The notes beneath the pieces were generated by a model that made no database searches, had not been told where the DNA came from, and saw only the letters and a program-made list of their open reading frames with translations. 64,000 bases of DNA, from the NCBI GenBank assembly GCA_044892525.1, contig CM097885.1, positions 20,152,001-20,216,000 of the forward strand, written 5' to 3'. Shown piece by piece: positions 11,442-58,580 of this stretch. The DNA comes from Schmidtea polychroa. Taxonomy: Eukaryota. The translations under genes were made by a program, and so were the position numbers. Within the stretch, counting starts at the first letter, position 1. Each line of letters begins with the position of its first letter.

Positions 11442-12143
11442 TTAAGTAGAAAATTTATTAATTTTTGGTTAATTATTTATTTTTATATATTTAAATTTTA
11501 ACAACCTTGATGCTTCTCTTTTCTGTGTCACTAATGAATTTAAATAAATCATTAAAATCTTAGTTTTTGTGCAGAATAATAATTAATTACTAACATGCTA
11601 AAGAATTCAAAATTTTATTCAATTACTTTCCATAACATATTTAATCAAATAAACAACAGAAATATTTTCTTTTGATATCAATCGCTGAAAAATTATAATT
11701 ACTATTTATTAAACTGTTATAATTAAATTTTTTAATTTAACTAATATAATTAAATATTTTAGTTTTATATTCGCTTTATCATAAATAAATATGTATTAGT
11801 CTATCGATCAATATTTTTATAAGGATTCTCATCCGTGAGAACATCCTTTTTCAAATCACAAAATAATTCCATAAATTTTATTTAATAAATTATATACTCA
11901 AAAACTTGTCTCTGCTTATTTTTTGTTATTTAAAGAAATTTCAGTTTTTCTTAAAATATTTTTTTGATAAAAATATTTTTAAAAAATGATAAATTTCGTT
12001 CTTTTTAAAATATTTTTCAATAAAAATATATTTTAAATTTTAACAAAATTTCTAATTAATCTTTAAGAATCTTTCAACTTCCTCATAATTTTGTTTTAAA
12101 TTTAAAATTAATTTTCAGCACATTTTGTTTTATAGCATTAACA

Positions 12144-12488
12144 CAGTGGTTCTCAATTAATATAAAATCGCGGAACACTATTTTCATGATTTTTTTACGC
12201 GGAACACTGACAAAATATACTTGCCCACAATGAGTGGCCAATCACAAATTACTATAAATCTGTCGTAAACGTAAACAATGCATTCTTATAAGCAAAGAAA
12301 ATACCACGCGCAACAATAACATGTAATAAAAACACTTTTATATTTGTATGTTTATATATCTGTGTAACGGCTTTCTTATTGAATCATCTTATAAAAAAAT
12401 TAATTGATGTTTTTGATGATATATATCTTAAATGCAAATTTAAAGATAAAATATCATTTTTTCGCAAAACACGGGTTGAGAACCACTG
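12144..12488. mobile_element. hAT MITE
   Basis: TIRs CAGTGGTTCTCAA / TTGAGAACCACTG; 8-bp TSD CATTAACA. Confidence 0.9.
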
Positions 12489-12668
12489 CATTAACAAATC
12501 ACCGAAGTTTTAATTTTACATTGTATTAGACTAAATAATATTTTACTTAAATATGTGAAAAATAAAGCTGCAAATTTTATTTAAAATCTGATCACGTTTT
12601 TACATGACATACTTTAATTTAAATTAAATAGATAATAAAATTGTATGATTAATATAAATATAACAAAA

Positions 12669-48127
<35,459 letters not shown>

Positions 48128-50637
48128 TTTTATTAATAAAAAAGTATAGTCCTCATTTTTGTTGAATTAAATAATTAAATTGATTTCTAAATTATGATCC
48201 ATTTAAATACTTTCTAATATTTGGTTTTGCATAATCAATCTAAATTATTTCAACCTGAGCCTGGAAGAGGGGTTGAGGAAATGCAGGAAAATCTCACTCG
48301 GCACTCCTACACAATCAATTCAAAATTAATATTTACTTAGTAAATTAGTTCTAATTCGTCGAGGATAGCTCAGAATCAAGGAGATTCAACAATCTAATTC
48401 TAAATAGCGGTTTTGTACACTATAATCGTCGAGCATTCGAGCGGGCTCGCCGACCACCGTTATAAGGTTGGTCCCTATGTTGGTCCCTAGTCCACACTCT
48501 CTACTTGATTTCTCCTGAATTTTTCTCAGTTCCAACTTTGCTTCCATTACCTGGACTGAAGTGGTATCTAGTAGTTTAAATAAAGTTTCCTCGTCCACGC
48601 AGCTCACAGGACGTTTGTGTAACGACTCCTTGGTGTTGTATAGTAAGACCTTGGAACTACGGACAAACTAAAACTTTTGACGCAATTACCGATATTACTT
48701 AATATAAATTAACTTTTGCCTGTAAACTTTCCGTAGTTGCTTCACTTACCTGTAGGCGAGCGTGATGGAGAAACGCGGGTGCTTCTCACAAGTATACAAC
48801 AGAGGGTAGGGTGGGCCGCCATATATATATAGCTTTCGTCAACTGTGAACAAAAGAAGTTGCAGTGTTAACTGCGCAAATTAACTGCTCCACTTTTCGTA
48901 AGTAAAATATGTGTATGATTTTACTATCTTACAGGTTATGTGGTTGGCTGTGGACCGAAAAACATATCATAGGTGCTCATGATGATTTTATAACAACGAA
49001 GATTATTCCATTAAAAAATTAGACATCCAAAGCCTGACAAAAATAACTTCTTGCCTAAATATTTTCAAGGAATTCGCACAGTTTTAATAAATTTTTACAC
49101 AAAGATTTCATTAATTTCTGATAAAAATCGCTTCATTATATACCTTTTATATGTGCGACTTTGTGCTTGTACTGATGCAGTAAAATTAATTCAAATTCTT
49201 TTAATTTAATTTATTTCTGGATTCAATTTTTATCTATTTTAATGGCGATTTTTCGGTATTTAATATTTATTTCATTTTCTAATTTTTATATTTTATTTGA
49301 TTCTAATTAAATTCGGACCCATGATGGATATGGCCATTTTCTAGAATATTCTGTGTCATTTTGAATAGTTTTATTATATAATTTTTATTTCTTTTAATTG
49401 TTACGTTATTATTTTTTGATAAATTTGTTTTTCTGAATTTTTATAATTTATTTAGTTTTTATTAGTTTCCTCGCCGTGTTGGATTTCGCCATTTTCAAAG
49501 AATATTCTAGTGTTTTTTATCGTTTTAATTATAATTTTTATTCATAATTTATTCCTTTTATCATTTCTAATACAATTTTTTTTAGTTTCTATATTTTTTT
49601 TCTTTTATCGTCATGGATTCGAATCAGTCTATATCCTGTTAATTATTTGTGATATATATTTATATTTCATTCGTGAACTACTCTTGTTATTCCATTTACT
49701 ATACTTTTTTGTTCCATCATTTTGATGTTATGTAGTGTCTTTTATCGTGTTTACTTGATGTAAATTTTTGTGTTTGATTTTCATTTGGCCTAGGGCTCTA
49801 TCTGTGCTAGTCTTGATCAAGACTATGTGTTCTTTTTGAGCTGTAATGTATTGTAATTATTTATTTTTCTTGGTTTTGTTAACCGTATGTTATAAATGTA
49901 AATTACAATTCTTCACGTCGTACGTGGCGAAGGTTTTTATTTTATGTTTGTAAAAAAACAAACTATATAGTGATAATTTACCATAGTAAATTATCACTAT
50001 AGGAAAAAATTGAATTTAAAAAAAAATCGATAACTACAAATTAAAAAAATTATCAAAACAAGAAACAGTAAATTGGGAAATTTCAAGATCCAACAGTTAT
50101 AATTCGGAAGCTCTCCCAACGACTACTCAAAGGATTAGATCAAATACTCGTATAATCTCGAACCATACACTTACTTTTTCATATCCCATTATTATTCGAA
50201 CTTAAAAAGCTTACTCAAAGATTAATCACTGAAGAAAAGCTATATTGTCAGAAGTAACCTTATATTGGTTTTTAGTTAATAAAAATTTTAAAGTGTTATA
50301 ATAATTGTTGTATATTAATTTGATTTTCTTTTTTATTGTATTTTTCGCGTCAAAACAAAACACAGCCTGCACCCCGATTGTCCCGCCACATTTTTTTTAT
50401 CGGTGACTCTTTCGGGCTCATCAATTTTCCTGATTGCATTAAATAACGATAAAAATAACATTATTACTTAACATGAGCATTCTAAGCACAAATCATATTT
50501 ATGCTAGGTTAAAATCAGTTTTTAGCCAACAGTAGTTTAACAACACGAAGATACTATATGACACTTTTTGTAGAAATAATATCAGTAAAACAAGAGAATA
50601 TCTTTTTTTTTCAAAACAGATAGTTCCTTTTGGAAAT

Positions 50638-50820
50638 TTATCAGTTCTCGACATTGCAAAGAATTTAATGATTCAAATGATTCCCGATAAAGATGCTGGA
50701 ACTTTAACTATTATCGACACTGGAATCAGAATGATAAAGGCAGCTTTGATTAACAATTTAAGAACAATTACAAGATCTGGAAATAAGGAATTCATCGAAG
50801 CACTTCAGGTTTGAGTTGAT
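50638..50820 (+). pseudogene. HSP90: HSP90 N-terminal domain fragment
   Basis: Manual translation [48 protein letters not shown], compared with canonical [36 protein letters not shown]. Confidence 0.85.
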
Positions 50821-51840
50821 AGGAGAATTTGGAGAACCTGTTATCTAATTATATAATTTACTTTTTAAGAAAGCGTGAAACGCTTCTAAATTTTATTTAA
50901 ATCATTGTTATTTCCAAAATTTTTAAAAAAATAATCCACTAGTACATTTAGAAAATTTTAATAAAAGCCTTTACAATATTTGTTTGGTTTGTGTTAATTA
51001 ATTTAAAATGCGTAGAGAAATCTGTGCAAACCCATTAAAATACAAAAATTAATTGAAAATAAGAAAAATAATATTTTTCTGGGGTGGGAGAAGATATGGA
51101 GAAGGTTCAAATGATGAAACACAAATACGATAATTTTAAATCAGCGTTGTTTATTGATAATACAACTTAATTATTAGGATTTATCCCAATAAAATTGCGG
51201 ACAATAAAAGAGCAGATAAACAAGGAAATATATCCAATTAGTTCATGCATCTTTTTGTATTCACTATAAGCCGTTTTTAGAATCTAGTTATAAATACTTA
51301 ATTCACTTTTATCGATAGCGCCTTTATTGGTAGATACCAATTATTTGATAACATCATTTAGGCCCTTGAAAAAATTCAGCAACCGAATTTAGCGAACGTT
51401 AAGTGAAAATACCGAGGTAAATTAGATTAAAGTTTTCGGAACTAAGACCTTAAAAAAGGCAATATAACTATATTAAAATTATGGTTGAAAAAGTAAAGTT
51501 GAAATGAAAAATCCCCTAGCATCAAAGAGATTAATCAATAGAATGACAGAAAGAAATTGAGATTCATTGGTTTGATACAAGTTCCTGTAAATAAATGTCA
51601 AATAATTAATTAAAACAATTTGAAAATTCTGCCTAAACTTTATTAAAACAAATATAATTTAAAATTTTGCTTAATCAACAATTAAACAAGCGCGCAAATT
51701 AGATATATAAACCTAAAAATTTTTTAAAATAAGGCCCACTTACCCTAACATTTTAATCAAAAAAAATCATGGCTTAATGTTTTGTATAACACAAAATTTG
51801 TTTCATTCAAATATATTTTGCTTTTTATCATTTCCATTTA

Positions 51841-52492
51841 CCCTAAGTTCTTGTCTATAAGCCGCGGCTTATCTAAAAAAAAATCAACCCGGCATTCATA
51901 AAAACAGTATCGGCTTATACATAAGTACGGCTTATACACAAAATATATTAAATGAAAAGGTTATGCATTTTTAAAAAAATATTTGCCCACTAATAATTTT
52001 CCTTTTAATTTAAATTCTCGATTAATCAAAGCCATCAAATTCTTCTCCTGATTCAGTATTGAAAAACTCAAGAATATCATTATAAGATGCTGGAATTTCT
52101 GATTCAATTTCGCTCTTGGATTCTTCTTCAAATTCTTCTTCGCTACAAGTGACCCTTATTGCCTCTTCATTTGAATATTCACAGATATTCGCAGCCTTAA
52201 ATCCATTTTTAATGCAATCCACCGTTATTTCATCCCAGCATTCGTCGAACCAGTCTGCTACCATATGAGGGCCATTTCCTATTATGCGGTTTTGTAGACT
52301 ATCTTGCTGTAAAAGATCAACGGGATGCCATTACGCACGTTGAGGTCCAATAAATATGCGCGAAATTACTTAAAAACTTTACGGCTTATCCATGAGTCCG
52401 GCTTATCTAAGATAAAAAAAAATTTTTTTAATATATGTGATTTAGAGAAACCGGTTTATGCACGAGTCCGGCTTATAGACAAGAACTTAGGG
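51841..52492 (-). mobile_element. Non-autonomous pogo-type element
   Basis: 24-bp TIRs CCCTAAGTTCTTGTCTATAAGCCG, TA TSD; retains the transposase tail WFDECWDEIT..CIKNGF plus an acidic tail. Confidence 0.88.
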
Positions 52493-52704
52493 TACTTTTA
52501 TTTTAGCATAATTTTGTCTTGAAAATCACGTCACATCCAAAAAACTTGATTAACACAAATTATGACATTTTTCGACAATTAATTAAATATAAATAATTAA
52601 TTAAATATTTAAAAATTGGTTAATTTTCTGAGTAACTTTTATTTGAACTTTTAAAAAATAATCGTGATAAATTATACTATTTAGTAAAATGAAAATTACA
52701 GAAA

Positions 52705-53052
52705 TTAAAAAATATCTCCGTCAGCATGGAGAGTATTATTAATATATCTCAATCGTTGAAAATGCTGATTAAGTTCAACTAAATTTGCCGAAATATTACT
52801 ATCAACATAACGTTCTATTATTCCATTTGAACGAGTAAGGAGCACCAGAAAAATTGATATACAGTTGACTATACAAGCGATGTGAATACTGTTTTTGATT
52901 TTCTTAGCATCATCAATTAAAACTCTGTTTTTAATAATTTCAAATTTTTTTAACATATCATGACAAAAATATTCAGCGAAAACTAAAATGATAAACAAAA
53001 TAGACTGGAAAAATATAATACTAAAAGTTCTGATGTTACAAATTTGAATCAT
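52705..53052 (-). CDS. Hypothetical hydrophobic protein or exon
   Basis: 115-codon ORF in very AT-rich DNA with two hydrophobic stretches; no recognisable family. Confidence 0.2.
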   Translation of the reverse strand: MIQICNIRTFSIIFFQSILFIILVFAEYFCHDMLKKFEIIKNRVLIDDAKKIKNSIHIACIVNCISIFLVLLTRSNGIIERYVDSNISANLVELNQHFQRLRYINNTLHADGDIF

Positions 53053-53360
53053 ATCATTTTAAGTTCTTTATAAGCTTTAGCATTTTAAACAAATTTGACA
53101 ACAATTATTTAATATCTGATCAATATTTTAGAATTTATGAAAATTTCATTAATCTAAAAATTTATTTGTAGAATGCTTGTATATGATTTCTCAAGTTATA
53201 TTTTAAAAATTGTACCTTATAAATGAATAATAATAATAATAATAATTTCACCACTCTAGTGAAATCTTGTGATAAAATTAAGTATACAATATTGCTGATG
53301 CGATTCTATCGCATAGTTTCCCTGGTACACTGGAAATCACATAACTTGCAAATTAGCTAA

Positions 53361-53965
53361 ATCACAGAAAAAAAATTTGTAAACTTGTAAACATGGCGTA
53401 TGAAAAATCATATTCACCTCTGGAGACCAAAAAAATAGTCTACACAGAAACAGTTTATAAGTGCATCCATATTTACAAGTATGCAATAAAGTTGAATCAG
53501 CAATATGGTACGCTTACCTTGCGCGAAAAGAAATTTTCGCGTCTCCTGCACAGTACTGATAAGAGCCAAAAACTAGAAACTAGTCTATTATTAGCATTTG
53601 CACTTGGTATCAGAAAGTTTGTAATGTTTATATTATTCAAATGTTAGAAATCCGTAAAAAAAATTTTACACCATTACAAGTTAAAAATGCTAAAGGTATA
53701 CGGATACACTTGTAAAGTGTTTCCGTGTATAGAATAATTTTTTGGTCTCCAGGTGTGAATATGATTTTTCATACGTCATTTTTACAAGTTTACAGATTTT
53801 TTCCTGTGATGGAGCTGTGATCTTCGCGTCTCCTGCATAGTACTGATGAGAGCTAAATCCTCGAAAGTAGTCTACTATTGGGATTTGCTCTGGGTTTAAC
53901 AAAGCTTGTAATGTTTATATTATTCAAATGTTAGAAATCCGTAAAAATATTTTTACACCATTACT
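53361..53965. repeat. Interleaved inverted (53361-53475 / 53696-53810) and direct (53537-53677 / 53823-53965) repeats
   Basis: Read directly. Confidence 0.8.
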
Positions 53966-54569
53966 AATATATTACAACTATAATTGTGTTCTTTTCCAAT
54001 TAATCAAATTGACTTATATCGTGCTTAAAATCAACTTGGAACTAGCTATTAACACTATTAATTATAGCTATGCTGAGTTACGATAAGGATAAATTTCTCC
54101 TACACACCTACCCACACTCACACTCCCTTTAATTTTCAACAACTAGTTTCTCCTTGCTATTTCCCATCACAATATCTCATAATATTGTATACTTTTAAGT
54201 ACGCGTAGTAAGCGACGTTGGTCCCGTACGGTAGAGGGCGGCCGTCAGCAAAAATCGAGGATGACAAGTGGAAAAACCTTTCGTATCGGTATGTGTCTTA
54301 TCCTATCGACGCTTTTGCTGTAATTGCATTCCCCTTCATAACTATATCAACCACTAAACGCATGCCGCGAGCGACATTGGTACTGCGATTTAGCGGTTAG
54401 TTGACAGCACAACATGAACCCTATCATATTACCCTAACTCGCCTCTGGGTTCACGGGCTTATCAAGGGTCAAACTAGAGAAATCTAGATATGGTGGTGAG
54501 TCAGAGGCTCAGAGGAAAGGTTTGGAGGTGATCTGATGAGCACATCCAACAATTTTTTTTTAATGATAT

Positions 54570-54790
54570 GGTGGGTTACAGGTACTTTCAAAGTTTCTAC
54601 CTACTCCTGTTGTTTCCAGCGTAACCCAGGATACAATTTATAGCTGACCACTTGATACCCGTTGAGTAATCAACGTTGGTACTGTATCAAGGGTTTGGGT
54701 ACTAGCAAAAAGTGAGCATACTTAGCATACTATAATTGTCTAGCACCCACTGGGGTTCACGGACTGCCGATAGAAGGCCTATGTCCGGTT
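54570..54790 (-). ncRNA. Conserved structured RNA element, copy S1
   Basis: Multi-stem element with compensatory changes relative to 56277-56485. Confidence 0.7.
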
Positions 54791-54888
54791 TCTTTCAGCC
54801 CCCTTACGATAGTTAACGTTATGAAAAAATCGAAATGCCCAGATACGAATACACCAGTAAATATTTATTAGGGAAATAATATCTAAAG

Positions 54889-55350
54889 TTATAGTGTCGT
54901 GGATGATTTCTTCGGAGTAGGCTCTGACACCGCAGAATGACGTGTTAATTGGGCTTGGCTGTCTTGTCTTATTCTCGCCCGCGCCGCTTTACCCGGTCGG
55001 ATCTTCTTCCTCGGGATTTTCGGTGATGCGCACTCCTTCGGGTTGTGGAGCAGCTCACTCATGGGCCGGACTTTGGAGATGACATCTCGGTCGAGACCCT
55101 GTTGGAGTACTTTGATCTCCAGCTCCTTCACTCTCAGGCGGAGGGCCCGCAACTCAACCTGATCTTGGGCACTCTGGTGTTGCAGTTGAGTGATCAGTTT
55201 CATCCGCTTTTTCATCTCTGCTGGCGGGAACCAGGTACTCTCGAAATTCCGACAATGGGCCTTGATTCGTGCTAACCTGGCCCGGTATTCTTCTACTTGT
55301 TATTGCGCCCGCTCTCTATCTGCTCGCATTTCTTCCAGGAGTTTTAGCAC
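54889..55350 (-). pseudogene. Orphan coiled-coil protein B2 (paralog of 56675-57145), one in-frame stop
   Basis: KLLEEMRADRERAQ*Q..ESTWFPPAEMKK..Q.AQDQVELRALRL. Confidence 0.65.
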
Positions 55351-55907
55351 TAAATTAAGACAACATTAGTGATTTTCACCTCAGCATTGAGTGACGCGCA
55401 TTATTAATAATAAATGAATGTAAACTCCTCGTCGCAGCCATCCTCTCTGTACACCTAATCCTAGTTCTACTAATCTTACCAAAACCTTATAGGGCTGGTA
55501 ATAATAGTCAACGTTAAGGAAAATTGTAGTCAATTATAATAGTAGTCAACGTTAAAGAAAATTGTCAAAAATAAAACAAATACAAACAATTGAATTAGTA
55601 TTGACGACTAAAGACATAAACAAACGATTACAAGAATATGAACTACCAAGATAAAAAGAGTAATACTTCTCCTTGAATCAAGGACGTCTATCACTTTACA
55701 TAAATCGCCCTGTACATTGATCACAAAGCCATTTCATGCTATTTAGTGTTCGATTTCGAGTCATAGTCTTTGATCACAACGCGGATGTTAGGCGTGTCGC
55801 ACCACGCTGGCTTTCGGCCCGACAATCCCATTGGCTGAGCTGGCGGTTCTTCGTGGGCGTCCACGTTTTCTTGGCCGGTCCGGTCCTCGCGGAGGACTTC
55901 TTGGATA

Positions 55908-56290
55908 TTACAGGCCACGGCGAAGGGCTGCGGTCCGCTTAGGATGACATTGAGCTCGAGCGTAACCGTCAATGTCCTCGTGCTCACCGGCTAGGGTTGC
56001 TGTTTCGAGTCTGTGCAATCGGTCCACCGCTTCCTTCGCATTGTCGAATGCGTCGCCCAAAGCCAATGATGTATAATTGATATACGGCTCCACCTTCGGG
56101 ATCACTGGGACTACATTCTGGTAGGTCCAATCGTGGATTTTATACCATATCCACCGGGACCTTAGGCGAGCGATTTCTGCGTCCTTCCGTAATCGTACGG
56201 CTTCGTCCGTCTCCTTGTGAGTTGGTTCGAGGCTCAAATCGGAGGATGAAGGACCGGCCTGCACATTCCATGCTCTTGGTGGGTTACTGG
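55908..56290 (-). CDS. Orphan protein A2 (paralog of 57355-57720); no in-frame ATG near the conserved part
   Basis: ARLRSRWIWYKIHDW versus TRLRTRYIWHRIHDW. Confidence 0.55.
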
Positions 56291-56485
56291 TGGTTGAATG
56301 ATTGAGTGCTGTTACCAGCGTAACCCAAAATACAACATTGTTTTTCCGCTTGGTACCCGTTGAGTGATCAACGTTGGTACTGTACCAAGGGTTGAGTACT
56401 CGCAAAAAGTGAGCGCATCAAAGCACTATAGTTGTCGAGTACTCCGTGGGTTCACGGACTACCGATAGAAGGTGTGTGTCCGATT
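56277..56485 (-). ncRNA. Conserved structured RNA element, copy S2
   Basis: Same stems as S1, with compensatory changes. Confidence 0.7.
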
Positions 56486-56674
56486 TCTCAGGTCCCTTTA
56501 TCAAAATTGTTTTCCCAACCTTATGCACAAACTCTCATTTCCCAGGCAATCATAAACTGTACTAGTCCTTATTTTATCACTACAAAACGTGCAGTATTTT
56601 AACAAGGAACATATTATTTGAAGACTACCACAATACATAAAAATACTACAAAACACCTAAAACCGAATATAAGT

Positions 56675-57145
56675 TCAAACAGGCTTATTGGTAGGACTGG
56701 CCAATTCCGTCGCAGCTGCTAGTGACGAATTTGCTTGTCGCTCGTATTCGGCCAGTCTAGCTTTCTTCAATTTTTCCCGAATATTTCGGCCTAACCGCTT
56801 TCTTTTGGGTTTCTCTTTCGCGGCCGGGGGGTATATTGCTGCTAGTTCCACGGTCAACGGCCGGATTTGGCTTATGGCGGCTCCGTGAACTACTTGTTCA
56901 TTTCGCTCGGTTTCTAGCGCGCGGAGCTGGAGCTTCAGTGCCCGGATCTCCATCTGATCCTGCGCGGCTTGAGTCTGCAGTTGAAGGACCTGCGCCACCT
57001 TCTTTTTCATATCCTCGGGACTAAACCAGGTGCTTTCTAGTTCCCGGCACCGTCCCTTGAGCTTGTCTACTCGTATGCGGAGCTCCTCGGACTGTTTTTG
57101 AGCTTCTGCCCTATCTCTTCGCAGATTTTCCAATAGTTTGAACAC
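56675..57145 (-). CDS. Orphan coiled-coil protein B1 with a basic NLS-like patch
   Basis: GC-rich 156-codon ORF with protein-level conservation to B2; begins right after a TAG acceptor. Confidence 0.7.
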   Translation of the reverse strand: MFKLLENLRRDRAEAQKQSEELRIRVDKLKGRCRELESTWFSPEDMKKKVAQVLQLQTQAAQDQMEIRALKLQLRALETERNEQVVHGAAISQIRPLTVELAAIYPPAAKEKPKRKRLGRNIREKLKKARLAEYERQANSSLAAATELASPTNKPV

Positions 57146-57354
57146 TAGATAAATTCAACGATTATATTCTTGCAGCGTACTATTCATTCAATTATAAAAT
57201 AAAATCAATATTATAAATAGACATGGTTTCGGGTGTTAAGCACGCAATACACAAGATGATTTATTAAAAGGACTGAAATAATTATCACTAAAATCAAAGT
57301 TTAATAAAGTCACAACTGGATGATAATTTGCAAAAACAAAATTTTGACGATGAG

Positions 57355-57720
57355 TCAGTTCAGTCGCTTGCGAGGCCTTCCCCTCTTCCGCGGGGTTGCC
57401 TCGGCCTCTTCTAGGTCCTCCACGGTTTTTCCCTCTTTTTCTGCTTGGATTTGCAGCTCGATCTTCTTGAGTCGCATCTGAGCTGCCTCTACCTCGATGG
57501 CCGCTCGGTCGCGGGCCTCTTGCAAAAAATCGTTTGTGGGCTCTGTTTTTACCCACGCCGGAGCGTCCGGCTCCGGCCCACTCCTGATTACTGGGCCAAA
57601 GTTGTCGAGGTCCAAACCCCGATTCCAATCATGGATACGGTGCCATATGTACCGTGTACGGAGTCTGGTAAGCAGCTGTCGGTCGGCTTCTTCGTGGCTA
57701 TCGCTGTCAGAGTAGGACAT
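57355..57720 (-). CDS. Orphan protein A1 with a C-terminal AT-hook
   Basis: ATG-started 121 aa, PRKRGRPRKR; acceptor TTTTGTAG 2 nt before the ATG. Confidence 0.7.
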   Translation of the reverse strand: MSYSDSDSHEEADRQLLTRLRTRYIWHRIHDWNRGLDLDNFGPVIRSGPEPDAPAWVKTEPTNDFLQEARDRAAIEVEAAQMRLKKIELQIQAEKEGKTVEDLEEAEATPRKRGRPRKRLN

Positions 57721-58239
57721 TTCTACAAAATAATAATCAAGCCCCTCTATACTGATTGAGATACGACGTCAACCACAAGATTTTGTTGACCCTTTTTCCC
57801 TTTAAAAAAAAAATATTTTATTTTAAGACTAACATCTATAAGCTTAGGAGTAGTGGAATAAGATTTCCTACTTTATCAAAACAAACACAAAAAAAAAAAG
57901 AATTTCGTCAAAATTCGTTTGTTTAAATTAATCATTTCCATTCAAAATTTTGTTTACCACCGAGTGGTAATCTTAATTACTATTTATAAATTTTAATTTA
58001 TATGTTAATAAAATGTGAATTTTTTTTTTAGATCGTCATTTTTAGGCCACTAAATTCGGGCACGCTGGGGCGACAGGTACTAGCAACGAACTAAGCTCTT
58101 CGTCTGCTTACCTTTCCTTCGGTTGTGCTCGTTATGAGTGGTTTGCTCTGCATACAAGTAATTTATTTAATTTGCTAATTTCTAAATTTCCAGGTGATCG
58201 ATATCGGATTGGGATATCGATTTTTTGTAGTTAACTGTA

Positions 58240-58580
58240 ATAATACCAATAATAATAACAATGAAATAACGATACTAATAATAATAATAATAATGATAAT
58301 AATAATATTAATAATAGCAATGATAGTAATAATAATAAGAATAATAATAAATTTTAATAATGGTAATAATAATAATACTAATAATAATAATAACAAGAAT
58401 AATAATAAATTTTTATAATGGTACTGATAATGATGATAAATATAATAATGCTAATTATGATATTCATAATAATGATAACAATAATATAATAATAATAAGA
58501 ATAAGAATAATAATACTAATAGTAATGATAATGTTGATACTGCTAATAGTAATAACAAGGGAAATGATCAGGATTATGAT
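58240..58580. repeat. Degenerate (AAT)n low-complexity tract
   Basis: Read directly. Confidence 0.85.
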
